A stretch of 64,000 nt of DNA from a virus. Below, one piece after another: positions 1-8,933 of the stretch (the stretch's first letter is position 1; every line of letters starts with the position of its first letter). A program made the position numbers and the translations under genes. Under the pieces are notes generated by a model. It was not told the origin of the DNA, ran no database searches, and was given only the letters and a program-made list of their open reading frames with translations. The stretch is from IMG/VR virus record IMGVR_UViG_3300042893_001581, positions 43,969-107,968 of that record; one strand, written 5' to 3'.

Positions 1-198
1 AAAAATAGAAAGTTAGAATCTATGGTTGTTAGACAACAAGTGTTTATTGGCAATATTAAAGAGTGTATGAAAGAGATAAATACTTGTGCCAATGAAATTG
101 ATTCTAAATTATGGATTCAATCTGATCCTGAGTTTTTAAGTCTTATGGAAAATGTTAAACAGATGCAGACTAGAATTAACGAATTTATAGAAGAATAA
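1..198 (+). CDS. hypothetical protein, 5'-truncated
   Basis: Open frame 1 from the window edge (KNRKLESMVVRQQVFIG...RINEFIEE) to TAA 196-198, abutting the next ATG. Confidence 0.75.
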   Translation, partial: KNRKLESMVVRQQVFIGNIKECMKEINTCANEIDSKLWIQSDPEFLSLMENVKQMQTRINEFIEE

Positions 199-199
199 T

Positions 200-952
200 A
201 TGAGTGATATACTATTGAATGAGGAAGAGGTGTTACTAACTAAGAAAGGAGATCCTAGAAAAAGAAAGCCAAAAACAAAAAATAATTACTTTACTTCTGA
301 AACGGAAGAGGCTATTCTAAGGTATAGGTCTACAAAAAATCAAGACGAAAGAAATAGGATTTACAATCAAGACATTCACTACGGGTTTTATAAACTAGTA
401 GAGAATATCATTCATACATTTAAGTTCTATTATACTGAGGTCGATAATATAGAAGATCTTAAGTATGAAGTAATATCATTTCTTTTGCAAAAATTAGACC
501 TTTACGATCAGTCTAAAGGTAAGGCATTTTCTTATTTTGGTACAATTGCCAAAAGGTATTTGATTATATATAACCAAAAGAATTACAAGAAACTTGTAGC
601 AAAATCAGAGATTGGCGAACAAAGTGATGACAACGCCCTTCTAAATAGCATCCTTGTTAAAGAACCAGAACCAGAGCTAGATAAGCTAGACGTGGTCGAG
701 CTTTTTATCAAATATGTAGATGACAATTTATTAGAGCTATTTGACAAAACAGAGGAGCTAAAGGTCGCTGATGCTATCCTAGAGATATTCAAGAAAAGGG
801 AAAATATAGACATTTTTAATAAAAAGGCTGTTTTTATCTATGTTAAAGAGATGGCAGACACTCAGTCAAATACCATTACAAAGGTAATTAAAAAGCTAAA
901 AACTATCTACAAAACTATCCTTAATCAGTATCTTGAAAACAATGACTATTAA
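200..952 (+). CDS. T4 gp55-like late-transcription sigma factor
   Basis: YFTSETEEAI...KLVENIIHTFKF...DLKYEVISFLLQKLDLYDQSKGKAFSYFGTIAKRYL resembles the sigma-2 region of gp55-type factors (FDPEK..NPFAYFT.I). Confidence 0.7.
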   Translation: MSDILLNEEEVLLTKKGDPRKRKPKTKNNYFTSETEEAILRYRSTKNQDERNRIYNQDIHYGFYKLVENIIHTFKFYYTEVDNIEDLKYEVISFLLQKLDLYDQSKGKAFSYFGTIAKRYLIIYNQKNYKKLVAKSEIGEQSDDNALLNSILVKEPEPELDKLDVVELFIKYVDDNLLELFDKTEELKVADAILEIFKKRENIDIFNKKAVFIYVKEMADTQSNTITKVIKKLKTIYKTILNQYLENNDY

Positions 953-959
953 TATTTAT
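952..959 (+). promoter_or_regulatory. candidate late promoter ATATTTAT
   Basis: 11 nt before ATG 971; the same 8-mer precedes at least 13 genes in sense orientation. Confidence 0.55.
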
Positions 960-970
960 TCTAAAAAGTC

Positions 971-1333
971 ATGGAACTTGATAAGGAAATATTCAAAGGG
1001 AAAACTATTGCCAATCTTGTAGAAGAGGTATACGATAAGCAGAAAAATCAAGATTCTACAATCAAACATGAGATCATGAGGCTTGCCGATATGATTGAAA
1101 CTCCTGGTGATGCTATTGTAGTTGTACCTTTACTTAAAGGATTTATAGACTCTAGTTTAAAGAATGACGAGGTTCTTCTTAAACTACTTAATCTTTTCCA
1201 AAAAGCTGCTGAAAGTAAAAAGGCTGGTGATGCCGATGATTCTGGCGTTCTTACTGAAAAGGATATTGAACAGCTATTTTCTGAGGTTTCTAATATTGTA
1301 ATTAAAGACCCTAAACAACTACCTAGCGTATAA
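971..1333 (+). CDS. hypothetical protein (late)
   Basis: 120-aa ORF, TAATG-coupled to the next gene. Confidence 0.8.
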   Translation: MELDKEIFKGKTIANLVEEVYDKQKNQDSTIKHEIMRLADMIETPGDAIVVVPLLKGFIDSSLKNDEVLLKLLNLFQKAAESKKAGDADDSGVLTEKDIEQLFSEVSNIVIKDPKQLPSV

Positions 1334-2298
1334 TGGCATATACATTTGGACCAAAATTTGATTCTGATTTAGGATTTTCAAAAGGGCAATACTTCCAAAT
1401 TGGAAGGGTTAAGTCTGTTGTATTAGGGCCAAACACACCCGCAGGTAAAAAAGATCTTAATTATAAATCTCCATCTGATATAGGAGCTATAAAATTTGAA
1501 TTACTATATTCTCCTTATTCAACTTCAAAATCAAAAGAAGTATCTGAACCAGCACATCCAATATGGTATTTTATTAAACAGATTCCCTTAGTAAACGAAA
1601 TAGTTTTAATTATTGTTGGCCCTTCTATAAAATTAAATGATGGTGCAACAAAACAACAGTATTATTATATGCCAGCTTATGGTATGTGGAAAAATCCAAA
1701 CCATAATGCATTTCCAAATATGCAAGAATGGGCAGAATATCTAAATAGTTCTGCTAATAAGCCAGGATATTCAGGTAATGCTACTAAAAGTAAACCACTT
1801 CCTTTAGGATATACTTTTGAAGAAAATCCAGAAATAAAAGATCTACAACCTTTTGAAGGAGACACCATTATTCAAGCTAGGTTTGGTCAATCTATTAGAT
1901 TTGGAAGTACAGTTTCTGTATTAAGTAATGAAAATACTTGGTCAAAAAATTCACCCACTTTAGCAAAACTTAATGAAACTACAGAGATTTCAAAAAAAAC
2001 AAAAAATGGAGATCCAATAACTATTATAACAAATAGACAAGGAGATAGAGTTGTTAGAAATAAATTTGATTCTATAGTTGAAGATATAAATAAAGATGGA
2101 TCCTCAATATATTTAACAAGTACTCAAGAAATAAATATACCAGATCTAATAAACTTTCCATTAAAATCATTTGTAGTTAGAAGAAACTTAACAGACAATA
2201 GAAACCCTATTGTAGATTCAACTTTAAAAATAAATACTAAACCAGTATCTAATCAATTTACATCAGCTGTAGATCAAGATAAAAAATCTAACGGATAA
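1333..2298 (+). CDS. putative baseplate hub/spike protein, gp5-like N-terminal part
   Basis: N-terminal beta-rich region (GRVKSVVLG...PLVNEIVLII) and GDTIIQARFGQSIRFGST beta-repeat-like segment; lies upstream of gp25/gp6-like genes. Confidence 0.5.
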   Translation: MAYTFGPKFDSDLGFSKGQYFQIGRVKSVVLGPNTPAGKKDLNYKSPSDIGAIKFELLYSPYSTSKSKEVSEPAHPIWYFIKQIPLVNEIVLIIVGPSIKLNDGATKQQYYYMPAYGMWKNPNHNAFPNMQEWAEYLNSSANKPGYSGNATKSKPLPLGYTFEENPEIKDLQPFEGDTIIQARFGQSIRFGSTVSVLSNENTWSKNSPTLAKLNETTEISKKTKNGDPITIITNRQGDRVVRNKFDSIVEDINKDGSSIYLTSTQEINIPDLINFPLKSFVVRRNLTDNRNPIVDSTLKINTKPVSNQFTSAVDQDKKSNG

Positions 2299-2747
2299 TG
2301 GCAATAACTCCAACATATAAACCAGATTTTCCATATAAGGGTGATCAAATAATATTATCATCTGATAGAGTATTATTACATTCTAAAAATGATTCTATAT
2401 TTTTATTTGGTAAACAAGCCGTATCATTATCTTCTACTAAAACTATAAACTTAGATGCTAATGATAAAGTTTTAATTTATACTAATAAAATAGAATTAGG
2501 CAATGATGCTGAAGCATTAGGTGAACCTTTAGTTTTAGGAAGGACTCTTAATACACAACTAACAATTTTACTATCAGTATTAAAAAGTGTTGGAGATCAG
2601 CTTTCAAATGTTTCTGAATCTAATCTAGGAGCCAGTATGGGAATAATTGCTGGTGCTGGCCAAGCTATTTCTCAAGAAGCAGAAAGACTTAGAGGTTTTT
2701 TAGTTGGTGAATCACAAATATTATCTAAAAGAACATATACTAGATAA
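2298..2747 (+). CDS. putative spike beta-helix protein, gp5-like C-terminal part
   Basis: Short beta-strand repeats QIILSSDRVLLHSK-SIFLFG-AVSLSS-TINLDA-KVLIYT-KIELG, then EPLVLG. Confidence 0.5.
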   Translation: MAITPTYKPDFPYKGDQIILSSDRVLLHSKNDSIFLFGKQAVSLSSTKTINLDANDKVLIYTNKIELGNDAEALGEPLVLGRTLNTQLTILLSVLKSVGDQLSNVSESNLGASMGIIAGAGQAISQEAERLRGFLVGESQILSKRTYTR

Positions 2748-2748
2748 T

Positions 2749-4746
2749 ATGATACCTCCTATAAATCCTACAGCTATTGCTAGTTTTAATAATGCCTCCG
2801 CTGATCAAAAAGCAAAATGGCAAAAAGGATTTGTAAATTTTGGAGATCCTAAATTAAATACCAATACAACAACTGCAAAAGGATTAGAAAAAGTAATAGC
2901 TGTAATTTATAAGTTTATAATAAAAGCGCAAGGATCTGTTTTAGGTATTATATATGGTAAATTTCAAAGACAAAATAGTAGTAATCCTATAACTAGAGCA
3001 ATTGATAGAGGTATTACTAACATATTACAAGATGTAGCAGAAGTTGATATGTGTAACTTATTAAGTTATGCAATAAATGAAATACCAGGTGGTAAACAAT
3101 TTAATCCTAATGAACAGCCTCCATCAGATAATCCTTTTGCTCTATCTAAATGGAGACTTCAAAAAGCTGCATATGATGTACAGAAAAAAATAGACGATTA
3201 CTATACTAGTTATGGAGATGCAAAAAATCCAGATAGTAAATTTGGATTATATAATTTAACTAAGGATATAACAGAAATATTTAATCTTACTAATAATCCT
3301 AACTTTCCTATAAGCAATCCAGAATTAAATAAAGCCTTTCCGTCTCTTTCTGTTGCTTCAAATTTTTTAACTAATGCTTTAAGTTTATTTAATAGATATA
3401 CTGATCTTAGACAAATTCCAAATGAGGAATTACAAAAAATAATAAGAACAATAGATCAAATTAGAGTTTATACAATAGCTATACAGGGATTAAATACACC
3501 AGCTTCTTTTGTTAATCTTGCTGATTCTATATTAGGAGGAGACGTTCAAAAACAAATAGAAAAAATAAATAAAATTATAACTCCTACAAAATTAATACCT
3601 TTATTAAAACAGATATTAAAAGCGGCTAATAATTTAAATTCTTTAGGAACTAAACTTCTATCTTATATAGTTACTTCTCAAGCAATAATAAAAATAGCTA
3701 TTATATTAATTAGAGTCTATGATTTTTTAGTTGCGTTTTTTATAGCACTTGGAATACCAGCTTTTTTCCTGCCGTCTGGTGTTCAAACAGGATTTAGTTT
3801 TAGTGTAATAGAAATTTTTGAAGAAAGAGGTAAAAAGAAATTAGTAAAAAGATTAGGACAAATAAACATATTATTAGGAGCTATAGCAGGATTAGTTCAA
3901 ACAATGATAATAGGAATCTATGATATTATACAAAAATTAAATTTAATATTACTAAATTTAGAAAATTGTGTAAATGCTCCATCTGATTTAAAAGCAGAAA
4001 TTCAAACAACTATAGATAATTTATCTAGTACTGTAAATGGACTTCAAGACTTTTTAGATAAATATAATAATGCACAAGATAGAATAAATAGAACTTTTGG
4101 TGAATATGTAATAGAAATAGTTAATGAAGAAGTAACTGATGAAGGAATAAGTATTAAAAGAAGATATGGAATAGCAAGAGATACTAATGGATATATAGTA
4201 GCTCAATCTACCCCAACTTTTGCTTCTTTAGATTTAATTATAATTAATGAAGTAAAATTAATATTATCTTCAAAGGGACTAGTTAAAACTGGACTAGATT
4301 CACTATCTCCTGAAGATACAGTAACTATTTCTGAATCTTTAAAGTACTTGGATGAACAAGATCTTTCACTTGATTCAATAGAATTGTCTACAGTTGATTT
4401 AAATAATTTAGAAGAAAATGAACAGGAATTAGGACTTCAATCATTTATAAATAATCTACCAGGAGGCAAAGCTTTAAGAAAAAGGATGAGAAAGATTTTA
4501 ATTAAACAAAACCAATCCCTTACTAGTAACTTAAAAAGCACAGATCCTTCTAGTAAATATACAAATAATATAGTAAAACAAAAAGAAAAGGAAACTACTA
4601 AATTAAAAATAGAGGAGTTAGAAGATGAAAAAAGAAAGCTTAAGCTATTATTATTAACCGGAGGCCCTGCAATTCAGATTATAACACTAAATAAAATATC
4701 ACAAATAGATAAAGAGATAAATAAACTTAAAAATGGTATAAAATAA
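2749..4746 (+). CDS. large hypothetical virion-associated protein with a central hydrophobic segment
   Basis: 665-aa ORF; start moved from 2704 to ATG 2749 just after the upstream stop; helical, with a hydrophobic stretch IIKIAIILIRVYDFLVAFFIALGIPAFFL. Confidence 0.75.
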   Translation: MIPPINPTAIASFNNASADQKAKWQKGFVNFGDPKLNTNTTTAKGLEKVIAVIYKFIIKAQGSVLGIIYGKFQRQNSSNPITRAIDRGITNILQDVAEVDMCNLLSYAINEIPGGKQFNPNEQPPSDNPFALSKWRLQKAAYDVQKKIDDYYTSYGDAKNPDSKFGLYNLTKDITEIFNLTNNPNFPISNPELNKAFPSLSVASNFLTNALSLFNRYTDLRQIPNEELQKIIRTIDQIRVYTIAIQGLNTPASFVNLADSILGGDVQKQIEKINKIITPTKLIPLLKQILKAANNLNSLGTKLLSYIVTSQAIIKIAIILIRVYDFLVAFFIALGIPAFFLPSGVQTGFSFSVIEIFEERGKKKLVKRLGQINILLGAIAGLVQTMIIGIYDIIQKLNLILLNLENCVNAPSDLKAEIQTTIDNLSSTVNGLQDFLDKYNNAQDRINRTFGEYVIEIVNEEVTDEGISIKRRYGIARDTNGYIVAQSTPTFASLDLIIINEVKLILSSKGLVKTGLDSLSPEDTVTISESLKYLDEQDLSLDSIELSTVDLNNLEENEQELGLQSFINNLPGGKALRKRMRKILIKQNQSLTSNLKSTDPSSKYTNNIVKQKEKETTKLKIEELEDEKRKLKLLLLTGGPAIQIITLNKISQIDKEINKLKNGIK

Positions 4747-4753
4747 TATTTAT
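4746..4753 (+). promoter_or_regulatory. candidate late promoter ATATTTAT
   Basis: 5 nt before ATG 4759. Confidence 0.5.
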
Positions 4754-4758
4754 AAGAT

Positions 4759-5199
4759 ATGGGACAAGTAGATCAATTAAGAAAACTAATAAGAGAAGAG
4801 CTCAGAGCTGTTCTTAAAGAAGAACTTCCTAAACTATTAAGTGAGGTTAAAAAAACTCCTATGGCAGACCCTAAAAAGAGCTTACAAGAACAGGTAAAAT
4901 CAAAAATACCTGGTACTTTGAACACTGCTATTCCTAAACCTATTAAATTTACAGGAAACAATCCTATGGCAGCATTCTTAAATGATACTGCCCAAAATAT
5001 GTTAAATGAAGACTTTAATATGACTTCAGATAATATACACCCAGGACTAGCTTTCCAACCTAAAGAAGTTAAGGTCGGTAGTGTAGAAGGTATGTTAGGA
5101 ACAGCAAGAGCGAGTTCAAACTTGGATGCTGTACAAATAAACGAGGTTCCAGACTTTACAGGCCTTATGACAAAACTTAAAGAACAAGGACAAATATAA
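4759..5199 (+). CDS. hypothetical protein with L/I-x-E-rich N-terminus
   Basis: LRKLIREELRAVLKEE N-terminus; 146 aa. Confidence 0.8.
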   Translation: MGQVDQLRKLIREELRAVLKEELPKLLSEVKKTPMADPKKSLQEQVKSKIPGTLNTAIPKPIKFTGNNPMAAFLNDTAQNMLNEDFNMTSDNIHPGLAFQPKEVKVGSVEGMLGTARASSNLDAVQINEVPDFTGLMTKLKEQGQI

Positions 5200-5612
5200 T
5201 GGCTTACGGATTAAAACAAATATCGCCATTAGATTTTAAGCCATCAACAGCAATTGGGGTAAAAATCCCTTTTGATGCTGAAAATGTATTTTCGTCTGTA
5301 TACACTACCAAGGATCAAATAAAATATAATATTATTAATTTTTTATTAACTGATCCTAGAGAAAGAGTTTTTAATCCTACTTTTGGGGCTGGTCTTAGAG
5401 CTAGGTTATTTGAACAAATAGATCAAGCATCTTTTGAAGAAATTAAGCAGTCTATAAGAACTCAAATGGAAAATCAATTCCCTCAAGTTCAAGTTACTAC
5501 TTTAGATATTATAGGAAGTCCTGATTATAATTCAATCAATATAAAATTTAGTTATAGACTATTAAGATCAAATGAAAATGATTCGGTTGTATTGACTATA
5601 CAAAACATGTAG
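5199..5612 (+). CDS. baseplate wedge subunit, T4 gp25/GPW-like
   Basis: IKYNIINFLLTDPRERVFNPTFGAGLRARLFE is the gp25 family motif. Confidence 0.9.
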   Translation: MAYGLKQISPLDFKPSTAIGVKIPFDAENVFSSVYTTKDQIKYNIINFLLTDPRERVFNPTFGAGLRARLFEQIDQASFEEIKQSIRTQMENQFPQVQVTTLDIIGSPDYNSINIKFSYRLLRSNENDSVVLTIQNM

Positions 5613-5614
5613 AA

Positions 5615-7474
5615 ATGGCTAACCAAGTTGACATTAAATATTTAAACAAAGATTTTGCTTCTTTAAAAGCAGATCTAATAGAATATGCAAGAGCATACTA
5701 TCCTACTGCGTACAATGACTTTACTCAGGCATCACCTGGTAGTATGTTTATTGATATGGCTTCTTATGTAGGAGATGTGCTTTCATTTTATTTAGACAAT
5801 CAACTACAAGAAACATTTTTACAATATGCTAAACAAAAAGGTAATTTATTTACCTTAGCTTACATGTTAGGTTATAGACCTAAAATAACTTCTGCAGCTA
5901 TAGTGAATCTTGATGTATATCAACAATTACCTGCGGTTAGTCTTGGTGGTAGCAATGTAGCTCCTGACTTTACTTATGCAATGACTATAGAGCAGGGAAT
6001 GCAAGTTAAATCAAATGTAAATAGCTCTGTAATATTTTATACTCCTCAAAAAGTTAATTTTGCATCATCTTCTTCTTTAGATCCGACTACAGTAGAAGTA
6101 TATACAATAAATGGAAGTAATGTTCCTACATCTTATCTTCTAAAAAAGACTGTTCAAGCTTTATCAGGACAAACTAAAACTCAAACTTTTAGTTTTTCAT
6201 CTCCACAAAGATTTGCAACCGTAAATATATCAGATAGTTCTATTATTACAATATTAGAAGCAAAAGATTCTGACGGTAATACTTGGTATGAAGTTCCTTA
6301 CTTAGCTCAAGATTATATATTAAAGCCAGTACAAAATACTGCAGCTAACTATCCATCATTATATCAATTCCAGAATCAGGTTCCTTATATGATACAGAAG
6401 TTATCTGTGCCTAGAAGGTTCACATCTAGATTTAGAGCTGATGGTTCTTTAGAAATAGAATTTGGTCCTGGTATCAATTCAGTTGCCGATACAGCGGTAC
6501 TTCCTAATCCTAATAATGTAAGTGTTGGTTTAACTGGTGGTGGACTTAGCACTCTATCTAGTTCATTTGATCCAACAAACTTTGTTACAACTCAAACATA
6601 TGGATTAGCTCCAAAAAATACAAGTATATCATTTCAATATTTAGTGGGTGGCGGTGCTTCTGCAAATGCTTTAAGTAATCAATTAACTCAAATTGTATCT
6701 TATACAGTAACAGGAAATACAACCTATCAAAATACTATAGTAGTAAATAATGTAGATCCTGCTTCAGGAGGTGGCGACGGTGACACTGTAGATGAACTTA
6801 GAATGAATATTGCAGCAGAATTTCCTACTCAATATAGAGCAGTTACTCAAGAAGATTATTTGGCGAGAACTCTTAGTATGCCTCCTCAATATGGTAAAAT
6901 ATCAAAGGCATATATAACTAAAGATGACGCAACATTCAATAATTACATGCAAGGTGATTTTAGTCAAAAAGATCAAGTATTAGTTAGTCTTTATGTATTA
7001 GGTCTTGATGCTAATAATAATATAGCAGATCCTTCACCAGCGTTACTTCAAAATCTACAAACATATTTGTCAGATTATAGAATGATGACTGATGCCATTA
7101 ATATTAAACCTGGTTATGTAATTAATATAGGCTGCAATTTTGAAATTATAATTAGACCTAATTACACTGGTCAAGATGTAATTGCTAGATGTATATTAAC
7201 TTTACAAGACTTTTTTAATATAAATAATTGGCAAATAAATGAACCAATTATATTAGGAGACATCTATTCTTTATTAGATGTAGTTGAAGGAGTTCAAACA
7301 GTAAAAGATGTGAGGATAGTAAATAAATCTGGTGAAGCTGATGGATATTCAAAATACTCTTACGATATATCAGCAGGCTCTTTAAATGGTGTTATTTATC
7401 CTTCTTTAGATCCTTCTATATTTGAAGTAAAATTCCCTAATACAGATATTCAAGGTCGTGTAGTAACAATGTAA
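5615..7474 (+). CDS. baseplate wedge subunit, T4 gp6/baseplate J-like
   Basis: KDFASLKADLIEY, DMASYVGDVLSFYLD, LAYMLGYRP, GGGDGDTVDELR, QYRAVTQEDY motifs. Confidence 0.9.
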   Translation: MANQVDIKYLNKDFASLKADLIEYARAYYPTAYNDFTQASPGSMFIDMASYVGDVLSFYLDNQLQETFLQYAKQKGNLFTLAYMLGYRPKITSAAIVNLDVYQQLPAVSLGGSNVAPDFTYAMTIEQGMQVKSNVNSSVIFYTPQKVNFASSSSLDPTTVEVYTINGSNVPTSYLLKKTVQALSGQTKTQTFSFSSPQRFATVNISDSSIITILEAKDSDGNTWYEVPYLAQDYILKPVQNTAANYPSLYQFQNQVPYMIQKLSVPRRFTSRFRADGSLEIEFGPGINSVADTAVLPNPNNVSVGLTGGGLSTLSSSFDPTNFVTTQTYGLAPKNTSISFQYLVGGGASANALSNQLTQIVSYTVTGNTTYQNTIVVNNVDPASGGGDGDTVDELRMNIAAEFPTQYRAVTQEDYLARTLSMPPQYGKISKAYITKDDATFNNYMQGDFSQKDQVLVSLYVLGLDANNNIADPSPALLQNLQTYLSDYRMMTDAINIKPGYVINIGCNFEIIIRPNYTGQDVIARCILTLQDFFNINNWQINEPIILGDIYSLLDVVEGVQTVKDVRIVNKSGEADGYSKYSYDISAGSLNGVIYPSLDPSIFEVKFPNTDIQGRVVTM

Positions 7475-7485
7475 AAAAATAAAAA

Positions 7486-8592
7486 ATGGCCGTATATAAA
7501 ATATTTGCTTCTTCTGATGCTACTTTATATTCAAGTAGTCCTGCCGCTAATACAGGTCTTGATGAAATACTAGAAATATCAGTTAAGAATTCAGATAATC
7601 CGTCTAACTATTTTGTAGATCCTGTTCCCTCTGAACCTTTACTTCAAGACAATTTAAGAAGAGCTATTATATCTTTTTCTGATTCAGATATTGCTATATT
7701 AAAAACCTACACTACAGGATCATGGAAAACTAATTTAAGATTATTTTTAGCTACTGCTGAGAATTTAAATACAACATATAGTTTAGAATTTAGACAAGTT
7801 TCTCAGTCTTGGGAAATGGGAACAGGAAAGTTTGGAGACTCTCCTGAGACTAGAAACGGTGCATGTTGGTATAGTCCTAATCAATTTACAACAGCTTCTA
7901 ATCAATGGGGAAATGGTGCATTTTATTTAACTCCTGGTGGTGGATCGTTTACAAATTTAGTAGTTACACAATCATTTAATTATCCAGATAATAAAGATAT
8001 AAATGTAGATGTTAGCTCTATAGTTGATACTTGGTTTAGTGGTTCTAGATCAAACTATGGATTTATAGCTAAACATACTAATGCAATTGAACAAAATTCA
8101 GGAAGCTATATAGGATTAAGCTTCTTCTCAGTTGATACACACACAATATATCCTCCGACATTGGAAATAAAGTGGGATGATAGTTCATATTCTACAGGAA
8201 GTTTATCTGTAATTAATAGTACCGACAGTGTAATTACGCTATCTAATAATTTAGATACTTACAAATATGGTACAGGAAAATACAGGTTTAATATAAATTC
8301 AAGGGACAAATATCCTGTAAGAACATTTACTACATCCTCTATTTACATCACTAATAAGGCTCTCCCTCAAACATCTTATTGGGCTTTGCAAGATGTAAAG
8401 ACAAATGATATACTGATAGATTATGACACTTCGTATACAAAGATTAGCTGTGATGGAATAAATAGTTACTTTAACTTATATATGAACGGATTAGAGCCAG
8501 AAAGGTATTATAAGATATTAATTAAAACAGTACTATCTGACGGTTCATCTTATGAAATAGATAATAATTTAATATTTAAAGTTACTAGATAA
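7486..8592 (+). CDS. virion protein with a DNRLRE-like beta-sandwich domain
   Basis: Pattern DATLY..N.G..LEI..RAIISF..LRLF..SWEMG..DVSSIVDTW..NYGF..FFS.D..PPTLEIKW. Confidence 0.55.
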   Translation: MAVYKIFASSDATLYSSSPAANTGLDEILEISVKNSDNPSNYFVDPVPSEPLLQDNLRRAIISFSDSDIAILKTYTTGSWKTNLRLFLATAENLNTTYSLEFRQVSQSWEMGTGKFGDSPETRNGACWYSPNQFTTASNQWGNGAFYLTPGGGSFTNLVVTQSFNYPDNKDINVDVSSIVDTWFSGSRSNYGFIAKHTNAIEQNSGSYIGLSFFSVDTHTIYPPTLEIKWDDSSYSTGSLSVINSTDSVITLSNNLDTYKYGTGKYRFNINSRDKYPVRTFTTSSIYITNKALPQTSYWALQDVKTNDILIDYDTSYTKISCDGINSYFNLYMNGLEPERYYKILIKTVLSDGSSYEIDNNLIFKVTR

Positions 8593-8933
8593 TGGCGAAT
8601 GTAGAAATGGTTAAGGAGATTTATGGACTTAATACGTACAGTAAAGCTATAAATACTAATTTTACTGAACTATTACAACCTGCTGTTGTTGAAGCTCCAA
8701 CTACTGAGATAACAGTTGATCAGTTTTTTGAATACTACGACCAATTATTTTTTACTATACCTGTTGATGGTACTATTAACTCTCATACATATTTAGTTGA
8801 AACAAGTCAACAATATATAGGAGGATCTGTAATAGATGCAGAAAAACAAGCACTAATAGAAGAGATAAATTCTTTACGCCAACAGCTTTTAGATATTAAT
8901 CAATCGTTTGCAAATATTAATGATATAATATAA
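8592..8933 (+). CDS. hypothetical baseplate-region protein
   Basis: 113-aa ORF coupled to both neighbours; C-terminal coiled coil. Confidence 0.8.
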   Translation: MANVEMVKEIYGLNTYSKAINTNFTELLQPAVVEAPTTEITVDQFFEYYDQLFFTIPVDGTINSHTYLVETSQQYIGGSVIDAEKQALIEEINSLRQQLLDINQSFANINDII

